A DNA stretch of 62,044 nt, filler included, from Piptocephalis cylindrospora (GCA_003614145.1; 13 parts of 13 records of this genome joined end to end with filler, not necessarily neighbours in it), one strand, 5' to 3'. Shown: positions 33,820 through 46,925, counted from the whole stretch's first letter. The notes: generated by a model not told the origin, from the letters alone. Made by a program: numbers and translations.

Positions 33820-36251
33820 ATGGATGACCTGATCCCCCTTGTGAATAAGCTGCAGGATGTGTTCAACTCGATCGGTAATGACCAGATTGACCTTCCACAG
33901 ATTGTCGTCGTCGGGTAGGTGATGACTCAGCTTTCCCTTGAGGCGCTGGCTTCTCCTGTTCGCCCGCCATCATCGACCACTCAACGCCTTTTCCTTTATT
34001 CTCTAGGTCTCAATCGTCAGGGAAATCTTCGGTTTTAGAAAACCTTGTAGCTAGGGACTTTCTCCCCCGTGGCTCCGGAATCGTGACTCGACGCCCTCTG
34101 ATCCTTCAATTGGTCAATGTTCCCGAGGGAGAGGAAGAGTATGGAGAGTTTCTGCATCATCCTGGCAAGAAGTTCACTGACTTTTCAGAGATCCGCAAGG
34201 GTATTGAGGAGGATACCGCGAGGATCGCGGGCGGTAACAAGGGCATCTCCCGGGATCCTATCAATCTCAAGGTCTACAGCCCGCACGTAGTCAACCTGAC
34301 GCTCGTTGACCTCCCAGGTCTAACTAAGATCCCTGTGGGGGATCAGCCCACTGACATTGAACGGCAAACCAAGGATCTTATCCTCCACTACATCTCCAAG
34401 CCTAACAGTGTCATTCTCGCTGTGAGCCCAGCCAACGTGGACATTGTTAATTCTGAGTCCCTGAAGCTGGCCAAGGAGGTAGACCCGGAGGGCCGTAGGA
34501 CCATCGGGATCCTCACCAAGCTGGATCTCATGGATGCCGGCACCAATGCCCTGGACATCCTGACTGGTCGAGTCTATCACCTAAAGCTTGGGTTTATCGG
34601 TGTGGTGAATCGGAGCCAGCAGGATATTATTACGTCCAAGCCCATTACTGTGTCTTTGAACCAGGAAAGGGTCTTCTTCCAGGGTCACTCGGCCTACAAG
34701 CACATTTCCAGTCGGTGTGGGACCACGTACCTGGCCAAGCAGCTCAACCACATCCTTCTTTCACATATCCGTGAGCGTCTACCTGACATCAAGGCCAAAC
34801 TCAATTCTCTTATTGGCCAGACTCGGCAGGAACTCCAGTCGTTTGGAGAACCCCCGATGGAGGGAATTGAGCACCGGGGATCTCTGGTCCTCCGGCTCCT
34901 CACGCGGTACTCAGCAGATTTTAACTCGGCCGTCGATGGTACTTCCCCCACGATTACAACTCGCGAACTGTGTGGGGGTGCGAGGATCTACTATATCTTC
35001 AATTCCATCTTTGGCGCCGCCCTCGATTCTATTGACCCGTGCGCCGACCTCTCCTCTCAAGACATTCGGACGGCTATCCGTAACTCCACTGGGCCTCGAC
35101 CAAGTCTCTTTGTCCCAGAGATGGCCTTTGATCTCCTGGTCAAGCCACAGATCTCCCGGCTGGAGCCCCCAAGTGTTCGATGCGTAGAGCTGGCGTACGA
35201 GGAGCTCATGAAGATTTGCAATGGCGTAGCCAGTCGAGAGCTGCAAAAGTACCCCAAGCTGTACGCCAGGGTCATTGAAGTAGTCTCCACCCTACTCCGG
35301 GAACGTCTAGATCCGACTGCGGCCTATGTTCAGTCCCTCATCTCCATTCAACAGGCGTACATTAATACCAACCACCCGGACTTTATTCATGAGGTTCAGT
35401 CTGGCCCTCCCTCCTCCTCCATCTCCTCTAGTACCTCTAGGGTGAATCATGGTCGAAGTGACGGTGCAGATGCAAGGAGACGGAAGAGACTGGGAGGCAG
35501 CCGCGGACGACAGGATCATGAGGGTGAGGGGTCAGATGAGGATGAAGTGGATCGGATGGGGGATCTTCTGGGTGGGGATGATGCCATTGCCATGGCCAAG
35601 TCCGTGACTACCACGGTGAGCACCACCTCTGCCGCTTCCGCTAGCCGGCACACCAAGAGTGCGGACCCAGCAGCGGGAATTGGGTCCACTGTATCAGGGG
35701 CCAAGGAGGGAGGGGGAGAGAGTAACTTTATGGATTACTTTTTTGGCTCGGGCAAATCCGAGCGCTTTAGCACCCAGTCGACTATCCCTCCTCAAGCCAC
35801 GTACGCCGGGTCCGGGATCCCAGGCTCGGGAAAGGATGCGCCCGCTGGCTTCCTCACTCCCCCTACGTTGGCTCAGACACATCTGGGTGGGTCTGAGAGC
35901 GCAGCACACGTTTCGGGAGCTGGGCCACTTCGGTTCGGGGATCCCATGGCGACGGCGATGATGACAGAGCGGGAAGAGATGGAAACCCAATTAATCCGGT
36001 CGTTGATCGGGACGTACTTTGGGATTGTGCGGAAGAACATTCAGGATATGGTGCCTAAGGTGGTGATGCATCTTTTGGTGGATCACGTCAAGGAGGGCCT
36101 GCAGACGCGGCTAGTAGCCTCTTTGTACCGGGAGAGTGTGTTTGAAGAGTTGCTCCAGGAGGACGAAAGTATCACGGCCGAGCGACAAAGGTGCCAATCG
36201 ATGATGGAAGTGTACAATCGGGCCTTCCAGATCATCTCTGAGGCTGTCTGA
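33820..36251 (+). CDS. DNM1: Dynamin-related mitochondrial fission GTPase
   Basis: [24 protein letters not shown] across intron 33915-34006, [25 protein letters not shown] (Dnm1-type rather than Vps1), insert B and GED. Confidence 0.93.
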
Positions 36252-36438
36252 GCTTTTGATCCGGGTGGATGGAGAGGTGGTATTTTGTAGGAGTGTTGCT
36301 CTGAAGAATGAAATAAGCTTGGTGAATACTTAAGGATGAGGGAAAAAGATGAATCATTTCACAAGAAATCGTCCAATCAATTGGGCAGCACAAAGATAGA
36401 AGTTGTATTGATTAGGAGGACGAAAGGATCACTCTCCT

Positions 36439-38145
36439 TTAAAAGTAGAGGTCGATTGGACAATCCTGCTTGGCTGTTGCGTCAGATTCCTCCTCCACTT
36501 CTACAGGAAAATAGGTGGATTGACCTTGGGGATAGACGGCGACGGCAAAGGAAGCCCTCGGTTTATGGATACGGGCAAGCTCAGAGTCGGTGAGAGTGGC
36601 ATAGGTATGATCGAGAAAGTCCTCGAGGTCGTAGGATGGTTTGGTAAAGGCCTCGGTCAGAACCTTGGAGAGGGAGGCGATGTTGGGGTGATAATGATGC
36701 CGCAGCGAATGTAGTTCCCACAGGGAGCTATCGATGGCCTTGCACTTGCTCGGCTCAACTTGGTCCATGTCGAAAGGGTCAGTGACGATCTTGGCTGAGG
36801 GAGAGGGATCATCTTGGGCATCAGGGGTGGCACGGTGGATAAGGACCATGCATGAGGGATGCCGCTTGAGTAGGTTGTAGACCAGGGGAAGAGTCAAGAT
36901 AATGCCAGCAGGAGGGCCGGTAAGGGAGAGGCGAGAAAGACGCTTGATGAAAGCGGCAACAAGATAGGCGGGAAGATGGGAAGAGGAGAGGAAGAGATCG
37001 ACGAGCCGGAAGAAGCGAGCACGGTACCGAACATGCAGGAGGTGGCGGTCAAAGAGGGCGTAGAGCTTGGAGTAAAAGTCAGGGTACTCCAGATTGTGAT
37101 CCTGCATGAGAGTAAAGAGGCCGTTAAGAGCAAGTAGGGAAATGGGCCCACCAGAGTGGTAAGAGTCGGTGAGAAAATCCATGAGCATAGTGGGACGAGA
37201 CATAAATGGAATGATACGGCGATGGATGAGGAGGAGGACGCGCTTGTACTGAGAGGCCTCCAGGGGAAGACGGAGGGAGGCGAGCCAGAGATCACCAAAG
37301 GCCTTTCGGTGACCCGAGAGAGTCAAATAGGGTGGAGGCTTTTGGGAGGAGGAGGGGGGAGGGAGGGGAAGGTAAAAAGAATCAATTGACTCCTCATCAG
37401 TAGTCGGGTTGGGCAGGGAAGTGAGGAGTTGAATGGTAGACTCGGAGGTAATGAGGGAGGTAAAATGGAGTCCACGACGACGCACAGCGACCTTTCGAGC
37501 GCCATCTTCTCCACCAATCTGAGCATTCATGGCATCACTAGAAAAGTTGGTTGGGGTTCAGGAATGAGGGGACGAGAAGCAGAGAGCTCAATTTTCATGT
37601 ACTGGGGAAACTTACGCAGCGTAGATGCTAAAATAGTAGCGAAGATCATGCCATTGAGCAAGATACTTTTGGACGAGGTGTGCCCGAGCGCCCTCCTGAC
37701 ACTCCTCCATCCGAAGGGCGCATTCCACTAATCGACGGAGCGCGGAAGAGTGGCCTAGTGGGGCGCTATATCGTTGGATATGGGCTTCTGCCTGTTCCTT
37801 GATCCATTCCAGGAGAAGGTCGACAGAGGTAGTCTGATGGATAAAGGAGATGGCATAAGTGAAATGGATAATTCTTCTTTGGCATCATCCTACCCAAAAA
37901 TGACTTACCTGCATGCCAACCTCAGGATGATTTAGCATGGTAAAGAGGGTGCCGTGGAAAGTTTCCTGCTGTTTTCCAAGCCACTCGGCAACAACTGAGG
38001 TGGCAGCAACTTGCTCCTCCTCCTCCTCTGCATCATCGTCATCCAAAATGCTGGATTGAACAGGAAGATCACCTTGCTGAAGAAAGTGGATGAACAGACG
38101 CTGGGCAGCGTGGATGGCTGCATGAGCTACGCCAGCTTCTGTGTG
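36439..38145 (-). CDS. NOC4: Nucleolar complex protein 4 (CBF/Mak21 family), 5'-truncated
   Basis: LMDFLTDSY, SLLALNGLF, LEYPDFYSKLY, LSSSHLPAYLVAAFIKRLSRL, AIDSSLWEL, HYHPN. Introns 37538-37615 and 37834-37908. Confidence 0.93.
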
Positions 38146-38182
38146 CTATAGAAGTGGTGAGGATGATGTTTAGCCATGGTCC

Positions 38183-38183
<1 letters not shown>

Positions 38184-38234
<51 letters not shown>
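38184..38234. repeat. Poly-C run at contig end
   Basis: 51 consecutive C next to the linker; the length is probably unreliable. Confidence 0.85.
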
Positions 38235-38334
38235 NNNNNNNNNNNNNNNNNNNNNNNNNNNNNNNNNNNNNNNNNNNNTTAATTAATTAANNNNNNNNNN
38301 NNNNNNNNNNNNNNNNNNNNNNNNNNNNNNNNNN
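38235..38334. other. Artificial contig linker
   Basis: N44-TTAATTAATTAA-N44. Confidence 0.98.
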
Positions 38335-38335
38335 C

Positions 38336-38671
38336 ATCAGCAAGGGAGTCCCGGTGATTGCGTATGCGGCTGGCGGGATTCCCCACCAGATCAAGGACGG
38401 GGTGGATGGATATTTGGTGAAGGTTAAGGATGTGGATGGAGTGGTGGATAGGCTGATGGAGCTTTGGCAGGATCAGGACAAGATGAAGCAGATGGGTCAC
38501 GCCGGAGCCAACGAGAACTCTGGGGAATACTTTACCCCAGCTAGCATGGCAGGGTGGCTCTCTGTGTTCCTGGACATTACCAATGGGCGGACGGAGTGGG
38601 ACGGAACATGGGTGAAGCACATGTGGATGGATAAAGCCACGAAGGAGGAAGGGAAAAAAGAGCGGGTTTAA
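38336..38671 (+). CDS. GT4 glycosyltransferase, trehalose synthase/phosphorylase-like, 3' end
   Basis: KGVPVIAYAAGGIPHQIKDGVDGYLV is a GT-B C-terminal motif; followed by EYFTPASMAGWL. Confidence 0.72.
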   Translation: MSKGVPVIAYAAGGIPHQIKDGVDGYLVKVKDVDGVVDRLMELWQDQDKMKQMGHAGANENSGEYFTPASMAGWLSVFLDITNGRTEWDGTWVKHMWMDKATKEEGKKERV

Positions 38672-39045
38672 TGGAGTTGGAAAGGGAGAAGGATGACTAA
38701 ATTGATATCTTTTAACTCTGGAGCTGTTTGACGTGTTGCCTTTACAAGAGAGGGTGCTTGGCAATATGTCATTGGCAAGAAGAGAAGGGGAATGAGGGTA
38801 CATGCAGATTGGTCTATATGGATGATTACACACTGGTGTTAACCTCCATATATTGTATGTTTGTAAGGAGCAGCGTGTGCACCCACGTACACGATTGCAT
38901 AGTAGCAGTACGGGTAGTGTACATCCACACATACATATACATACATTCGTATAAAAAGAAGATGCTAATAGCCATATTACCTCATAACTACCTTTGTCGC
39001 AAGCCAATATGCATGTCAGGACCTACTCCAGCACGATTGAGTAAA

Positions 39046-39639
39046 TCACACAATGGCATCCTCCTCGGGGCTAGGGAGGCAAATGACAGTAGTGGTGTGC
39101 CGAAAGGAGTTGAACCGAGCGATGGAGACATCACCTTGACGAGTACACTGAGCTACGCCATGGAACCAACGGTTGGCTTTAAAAAGTTCCTCAGCCTGGA
39201 GGACGACATCAGAATGAGCATAAATGCGATATGGAGCTTTAGGGCATTCATACGCGAAGGCCCGGCGCTCACAGTATTCAGAATCTTTGTCCCGGATTGT
39301 CGAGAGAATAGCGGCGAGACGAGCCCCTTGCCTGATAGTCCGTTGGGCCCGTTCATCTGAACTGAGTCCCGGAGAGATAATGGCGAGGGTTGCGTTCGAG
39401 ATGACAATGGGGGCATCGGCTCGGACTTCTGTCCAAGATGAGGCATCGTTGGATGAGACAAGGGATAGAGGATCGGAGGAGGAAGAGGTGTTGTTGGACG
39501 AGGTGAGGGGTGAAGGATCGGAAGAAGAGGAAGTGTCGTTAGACGAGGTGAGGACTAGAGGGTCAGAGGAGGAAGAGCCGCTGGCGCATACAAGACCTAA
39601 GGTGAGTAGGATAATCAAGTGGGGGATGTGAGGAAGCAT
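39046..39639 (-). CDS. Small secreted protein with Ser-rich repeats and a 4-Cys C-terminal domain
   Basis: Signal peptide MLPHIPHLIILLTLGLVCASG, three SSSSDPxxLxSSNxx repeats, then about 130 aa with four Cys. Confidence 0.7.
   Translation of the reverse strand: MLPHIPHLIILLTLGLVCASGSSSSDPLVLTSSNDTSSSSDPSPLTSSNNTSSSSDPLSLVSSNDASSWTEVRADAPIVISNATLAIISPGLSSDERAQRTIRQGARLAAILSTIRDKDSEYCERRAFAYECPKAPYRIYAHSDVVLQAEELFKANRWFHGVAQCTRQGDVSIARFNSFRHTTTVICLPSPEEDAIV
39443..39578. repeat. 45-bp coding tandem repeat, 3 imperfect copies
   Basis: Encodes SSSSDPLVLTSSNDT / [15 protein letters not shown] / SSSSDPLSLVSSNDA on the minus strand. Confidence 0.85.
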
Positions 39640-41858
39640 AAGAACGTCAAGGGAGCGTAAAGCAGGAAATGAAGGAATAAGGGAAAGAGGAAACATTTAG
39701 GAAGGAATAGCGGAGTTGAAGTGCACCAAAGCTTTAAGTTGACCTCCATCATGACTACGGGCTGTGTGGATCCATGTAAGCATTAGAGGGGGATCTGATC
39801 CACATTCGTAACGCTTGAAGGCTGCAATTTTTGAAGAAAGGGCAGGGCACATGGAACAACTCATTATAAACTGTTTCCCAAAAGTGAACGGGGTATATGG
39901 ATTATGACTAGTGAATGCATTATTTATTTACCTGCTTGAGATCCAAACCAAGGGAACTCCATACCCTCCTTGGTCAAGGGAAAGCCACTTACACATACTA
40001 TTAAGGCGCCTTTTTCCTCATACCAAATGTTCTAGCGAGCCCGCGACAGGGGCCCAAGTCTGGAGACGATCAGTCTTTCGGGCGGCTAGAGAGGTTAAAC
40101 GATCCGACGCATGTGTTGAGTCTTGAGAGATCTCATCTGACACGTGCTTGTGGGAATAGTGTAAGCCATCCAGTATTGGAATCGTGCTGGAGCCCCAAGG
40201 AAGTGTACTTGGAATACCTCTGGGAGAAGGAGGGCGGGCCATTCCGTGCCAAAGTCCCTTGGGGGTCCAAAGGGATGGAACAATTGAAAGGCGTTTGGAT
40301 GACAGACATAATTGTCTAGTGTAATTCTTCTTAGAACATGAGTGGGTCTGCATGTAAAGAGGCGTTGATCTCGGAGCAAGCGCTTAGCAAATCACTACGA
40401 CAGGGGTATGTCCCTGGGGGCACAAGAAAGTAGGGTGTAGGCGAGCAGGCCAATGAAGAATCTTGGATAGTTCAAGGGGAAGGAGTTATAATTTCTTGCT
40501 GTCTCACTGGAAGACTCCGGCTTGTTCCCTATACTAGAAGACTAGTTTGGACAAGGGCACAACTTTACTCCCAGCATTAGGGGAATCCTGAATAACACCA
40601 TACATAGCGCAAAGGGAACTAGGGGTTTGTATTTGAATGAAGAATTGAAAAGGATTTGGTGCATAGCGGCAAGGAAGTGATAGATATCATGACTGACGAT
40701 ACATATATGTATGGTATGTATTACAGAGCGCTTGGGAGAGGGGAAAAAGGGCTTGAAACCTTGTTTGCAAGAGACATCCTCGATATTACCTGGGTCTTGG
40801 AGTCAAAGATGGCTATACCAAGATTGACGACCTTGTAAGCGCCGATGTGGATATATGCCTCACGGATAAATTATTAGGTCGTAAAACCTGAATATATACC
40901 TGTATTCAGCCGATAAATCCACTTAGTAGCCAGAGGGACGTATCGTCTATCACCTCACCATTTGTTTCTAAAGATCACGGTATTGGCATTTTTTAGAAAC
41001 AATGCCGGACTCTGCAATACTGAAGGAGGTCTTGGGGGAGAACTATCGCATCAGGATGGTCCAGAGGAGAGGAGCACAGTTGGGGAAATCATGGGATGCA
41101 ATGTTCCTAATGATGTATTAAACAGCTCATTCCTTTCAATGATTAAATCTCTCTGCTTGATACTTGACTCTTTTAGGGAGAAAAGGAGCAATGAGTGAGT
41201 GATCGTGGCTGCTGCCCTCGATGGGAGGGAAAGGGAAGTCTTTGCACTTTATGATGAGCTCGGCCCTTTTTCCTGGGCTAATTCTTTAGCTTTGGCTATT
41301 CAGAATAAGTTCTTGAGGTATTTATCATTATAGGCAAGAAGAAGAGGTCTAGGTATAAAAAGAGACGACTGAAGCGTGGCGATAGGTATTATTACACTAT
41401 TGGATCATATTGAGAGGAGGAAGGAAGGGAAAGAGTAAAAGAAAGATGAGGAAGAACAGCTATTTCTACAGTTGTCTACTATAAATAACAATCCAAGGCT
41501 GGTCTTTGTCTGCTCGGTGGTTGGACCTAAGGAGCCGCATGGCAAGGGTCAGTAGGGGATGCACATGCATATACCGTTAAACGTATTCCATTTTAGTCGA
41601 CCTATTTATTATATGGCGATGGTTTAATGATGCTCCTCACAATCGCAACATGTGTGACCTAGTATCTGGGCTGTGGGATGGCGGATGGCTGTGCATACCG
41701 CCTTACATATTCTCAAATTTTCGACTTATTTTGATCATTTTGAGGACAGGTCTCACATCCGTCTTTTCCCTTACTTCTACATTGATCTTGAAGATGGTGA
41801 CGGCTCTCATTCTCTCTATTACTTCATCCCCCCCTCTCATCCCCTCAGATCTCAAAAG

Positions 41859-42603
41859 ATGGCTACTCTCGTCCATCACCTTGCTAGTCCTTCGACGTAT
41901 AAAGATCACCAGAATCATGAAGCAGAGGAAAAGCAGAGAGAGCAGCTGCTCAAAACAACGGCGCTCTACGTGGGCAACCTATCCTTTTACACGACCGAGG
42001 AGCAGGTCTACGAACTTTTTTCTCGAGCTGGGGAGGTAAAGCGGGTGGTGATGGGCCTCGACCGGATGAAGAAGACCCCGTGTGGATTTTGCTTTGTGGA
42101 GTAAGTTACTAATAAAGGGGAATGGGTCGAAGGAAAAGTATAGCAGGACTCATCCTCCCTTAACCTATAGGTACTACGACCGACAGGGAGCCGTGGATGC
42201 GATGATGTTCATCAATGGAACCAAATTAGATGATAGGACAATCCGAACGGATTTGGATGCGGGATTCGTGGAGGGAAGGCAGTTTGGACGGGGCCGGTCG
42301 GGTGGCCAGGTGCGGGATGAATATAGACAGGAATTCGATGCTGGTCGCGGAGGCTGGGGCGCTCAGATTGCTCAGAAGCTCAAGGAAGCCGAAGAATCTC
42401 GTGCCCTGGAGCAAGCAGCCCACTTCCACCCGGTCACTGACATTCCTGCTGGTCCTGAGCGGGATGAGCAGGCTAATGGGGCCGTCGGTGGGGCGGATGG
42501 GGCTGCTGGTTCTCAGCAGGGAGCTGCCACTAGTGCTACCAAGCCCAAGAGGGGCAGGGATGAAGACGAGGAGATGGGAGGAGATGGGAAGCGTCGGGCG
42601 TAA
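41859..42603 (+). CDS. CBC2: Nuclear cap-binding protein subunit 2 (CBP20/NCBP2)
   Basis: [33 protein letters not shown] across intron 42101-42170, [18 protein letters not shown]. Confidence 0.96.
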
Positions 42604-43006
42604 GGACCCAGGTTTTATGATTTTACTGATGCTGCAACTGATGCAGAAAGAAGACATTCGTTTACTATGAATTTTATGCGTGTATGGGATGTCTAAACAA
42701 TGGGTAAAGTGTATACGATGGTTAGACACAGCGCACAAGACAGACACACACGAGATGCGCAGAAAGATGGATAGAAAGGGAAAAAAGGGTCATTTCTTCC
42801 TTGACCCTCTGCTTTTTTATTCTGTACTCACGACGCACGTCTCTCCTCCATTAAACTCTAGCTCAACAGCAAGAGGGGCAACGAGAAATAAATCATGATT
42901 TTAAACAAGATCCCACCACCGGTGCTTCGGATGGCGGAGAGGAGGATTCAGAGGGGGAGGTGGAGGTAGAGGAAGGCTTGGCACGGTTATGGGCCATGTG
43001 AGACTT

Positions 43007-43106
43007 NNNNNNNNNNNNNNNNNNNNNNNNNNNNNNNNNNNNNNNNNNNNTTAATTAATTAANNNNNNNNNNNNNNNNNNNNNNNNNNNNNNNNNNNNNN
43101 NNNNNN
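43007..43106. other. Artificial contig linker
   Basis: N44-TTAATTAATTAA-N44. Confidence 0.98.
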
Positions 43107-43999
43107 ACTGCGGGCAAGAAGGAGGAGCTGATTGCTCGAATTCTCGAGACCTCAGCCACGTCTGACCAAAAAACAACGCCAGCCCCTGCTGTGGATTCCG
43201 CCTCTGCTACTTCATCCGCTGCACCAGTAGAGACTAACCTCCCCAAGGAGACTATTGCTACCACAGAGTAAGTCGAGATGGCCGAAATACTTGGTTTCTG
43301 GGGAGGGAGGGCCTCTTTCCCTCATATATCTAATTCCACTTATGATGGGATTTTCGCTTGGAGCAGAAGCGGGGCAAATATCGCATCTGAAAAGGTGGCA
43401 AAGGCCCCTGCCACGGCCGCAGAGACCTCAGTAACCCCCACTGGGCTGACCAAAAATTCAGAGGAAGATCGCTTGGAGGCTGCTCGTAAGATGGAGGAGC
43501 GTGCCAAGCGCTTTAACATCCCTGTCCCTGAGGAGGCCCGGAAGCTACAGCGGGCTGCTCGCTTTGGTCTTCCCCTCGAGGCCAAGCCCACAGTCTCTGC
43601 TGCCGGAGGAAAGAAAGAGATCCAACAGGGGGGGAGAAAGGGTGAGCCCAATGGAAAGAAGGCTGCAATCCCATCGGCTTCCCCTAGTCTGGTAGGTGGT
43701 CACTCTCCTTGCTCCATCCTCGTGGAATCACCAACTGACTCATCCATCTTCCTTTCTTTCCGGTCAATCTGTAGGGCGTGAGCTCTGAGAAGCTGAGCAA
43801 GCGTGCCGAACGATTTGGCATTGCCAAGACTCCCGCTGATAATGCTACTGGCTCTAAAAGCAGCAGCACTAGCACTAGCAATAAGCGGGCTCGCATGGAG
43901 GCTTCCCCCGTGGATGAGGCCGAGGCCGAGAGGAGACGGAAGCGGGCTGAACGATTTGGTACTGCCCCATCATCCACCCCTACTGCACCTAGCAATTAA
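43107..43999 (+). CDS. THO1: SAP-domain ribonucleoprotein (Tho1/SARNP/CIP29), 5'-truncated
   Basis: End of a SAP domain (GKKEELIARI) and four repeats RAKRF/RAARFG/RAERFG/RAERFG. Introns 43268-43366 and 43692-43774. Confidence 0.82.
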
Positions 44000-44700
44000 G
44001 GAGATGGGTGACGGAGTAGGGTACCATTCTCTCCCCATCCTTGGCTTTAAGGATTGGATGGTGAGCCAGAGGATCGGTGGTGAGAATATCGGAGGTGTTT
44101 GGATGAATAAAATAAAGTACACCCCTTGTCTTTACCCCTTTGGGTGTTTCATGCTCCTTAAAGAGTGCGGCATGGATGGTTTTTGGCCGTTTTTGGGCGG
44201 AGGCTTGTCTCATGTGCCAGAGAAGAGGAAAGTAGGATCGATCAATGAGATTTGGTTTTATCGTTGACCGCTTGGACGACTGTCCAATACTGTAAAACCT
44301 AGGAGACTCAGGATGATTTTCGTATTTGGTTCAATTTGTCAGTCAATTTCGTCTGTGTTCTTGTGAAAAAAAGTACTTGGTGGCTTTTTCCCTCTCGCCA
44401 GTGGCATGTTGTACCGCTTCATGTACTTGCCCGCTTCGTCGGGCCTCTATAGGGCTCTTTCTCCCCCATCCCTCTCACTGTGAGCCACCACTACCACCAT
44501 CCATAGACATAGTCTCTCCCCCTCGCCCCAATCGCCTGTCTATTTCCCTTGTCGACTTTTCCCTACCAGCCCTTGTCGCTTCCCTCTCCCTCCGCTGCCT
44601 TTCTGCTTTTCCCCCTCCTTCTCAACCCTCCTCCCCCCGTCCTCTCCAGCCCCCCGTCTTGTCCTCCCCCCCTCCCTTCCCGCTCCCCTTCATCTCTGCC

Positions 44701-46538
44701 ATGTATCAGGACATTTATGACGACGAAGGCGAACACGCCGGAGACGTTGAGCTAATTGCTGGAGTATACGATGAAGAGAACCTCGACTATGGTAAGTAGT
44801 GGGCCCTGGAGAGAGATCCCACCCGTCGACCTACTCACACGCGTCCTTTTTCCCCTCCCATCCGCTTAGAGCAAGCTCTTCTCTTGCAGAAGCAGATGAT
44901 GGAGCAACAACAGCAGATGCTCCTGGCCCAGCTGGAAACCACGGTACCTGAGCCTGTGCGCACCTTCATCATCTACTTCCACCGGTGCGTCTCGGAAAAG
45001 TCGTTGAATGAGATCCAAGCAGCGTATGACCAGACCTGGCCTCGACTGACCGAGAAGTTCTACTCTTCTGGCTCGTGGCCCGAGGCCGAACTCATTGCCC
45101 CGCTCGTGCAGGGGGACGAGGTCTTCCTCACGTTGTATCGCGAGGTCTACTTCCGTCACATCTACTCTCGGCTCGAACCCAATATTGAGCAGCGTTTCCA
45201 CTCGTATGAGAACTATTGCACGCTCTTCAACTACATCCTTAACTCGGAGGGTCCCGTGCCTCTGGAGCTGCCCAACCAATGGTTGTGGGATATGGTGGAT
45301 GAGTTCATCTACCAGTTCCAGTCCTTCTCTCAGTGGCGTGCGCAGCCCGAGGGTAAATCTGAGGAGGAGGTGGTACTCCTTCAGCAGAACCCTCAGGTGT
45401 GGAATACCTACTCGGTCCTCAATGTCCTCTACTCTCTGGTGCAGAAGAGTGCGATCAATGAGCAGCTCGTGGCTCAGGCCACCGAGGGTCAGGATGTGGC
45501 TGAGGTGGCTGGACCCTATGGTTCCCTCCCCCTCTACCGAATGCTCGGGTACTTTTCCCTCATTGGTCTGGTCCGCGTCCACTGCCTTCTTGGGGACTAC
45601 GTCCTTGCCCTCAAGACCCTAGACCATGTTGACTTGACCCGTCGCACTGGCTTCTCTCGCGTCACGGCCTGTCACGTCACCACTTTCTACTACGTTTCCT
45701 TTGCCTATCTGATGATCGGTCGGCACGCCGATGCCGTCCGGAACTTCTCCCACATCCTCGTGTTCATGCAGCGTGCCAAGCAGTATAACACTCGGTCTTA
45801 CCAGTATGATCTGATGAGCCGAAAGGCTGATCAGATGCACGCGCTCCTCGCCATGGCTGTGGCCCTATCCCCGGCCCGCTTGGACGAGGGAGTGCACAGC
45901 ACGATCCGGGAGAAGTTCTCCGATCAGACTAGCCGTCTAGCCCGTGGTGGCCAGGAGGCCCTCCAGGCGTTTGAGTCTCTCTTCAATTACGCCTCTCCCA
46001 AGTTCATCACCCCGAACGCTCCTGCCCTAGAGGAGGAGGGCGGGGCCAGTGGGGCTGTTGAGCCTTCAGCCCTGCCTCCCCAAGTCCTCTTTGAGCATCA
46101 GCGGTCCATCTTCCTGACCCAGTGCCGTCGCCATCTTCTGGCTCCTATCCTCCGGTCCTACCTCCGACTTTACACCTCCCTCGGGGTGGAGAAGCTGTCC
46201 GTTTTCCTGGACCTTCCCGTGGAGGAGTTGCGCATCCAGCTTCTGAATCTCAAGATGGCCGGCCGCCAGCTTTGCTGGACCTCTGGATCCCTCCTTGATG
46301 GCGAGCGTGTCTCCGGGGGAGACCTGGACTTTTCCCTTGATCAGGTAAGAGGAGAAGTAGGAGGCGATATAAGGGTTTGGACTGGAGGAGAGACTCATAC
46401 CTTTCTTCCCCATTCTAGGATGTCATCCAGATTGCCGAGAGCAAGGTGGGCCGACGGTACGGCGATTGGTTCCTGCGCAATTGCTCCAAGTTCGAGGACC
46501 TTGCTAAGAACCTGGAGACTCATGCCCAGAGCAACTAA
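44701..46538 (+). CDS. EIF3L: Translation initiation factor 3 subunit L
   Basis: Exons 44701-44791, 44870-46344, 46419-46538. Motifs LYREVYFRHIY, LELPNQWLWDMVDEFIYQFQSF, LGYFSLIGLVRVHCLLGDY, RSYLRLY, RRYGDWF. Confidence 0.95.
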
Positions 46539-46925
46539 ATGGAGAGTCTTGATGATGATGCGGAGAGGAATTGGGTGTGATGGGGAGAGAGGAGCGCAAA
46601 GGGGTGGAAGGAGAAGAGAGAGGGGGAGAATATATTGCGTGCGGGAATTTCGTCTGATTTTATAGGCGCTGTGTTGCTCTGTTTGAACTGTGCCAGTGTG
46701 AGAAGATGGGGATGGGCGACGTGCCCTGGGCATTTGGTCGGACGCGCCCCCCTCCCGTAATGTTGGTAGACGCGCCCCGACGACTGTGGGGTACATAATA
46801 ACAACAAGACACATAGAGGGATCAGGGCACAATGATGTATGTTTCATCCTGATTCCTCCCTTTCCATCTTCTCATGGGCCTCCACGACCACCATCACATT
46901 CGGCTTCAATACCGATGCAAGACGC

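Noticed and set aside
38184..38234. Poly-C/poly-G tract as a G-quadruplex regulatory element
   Set aside because: It sits at a contig end inside a NOC4 intron, which is typical of a sequencing or assembly breakpoint.
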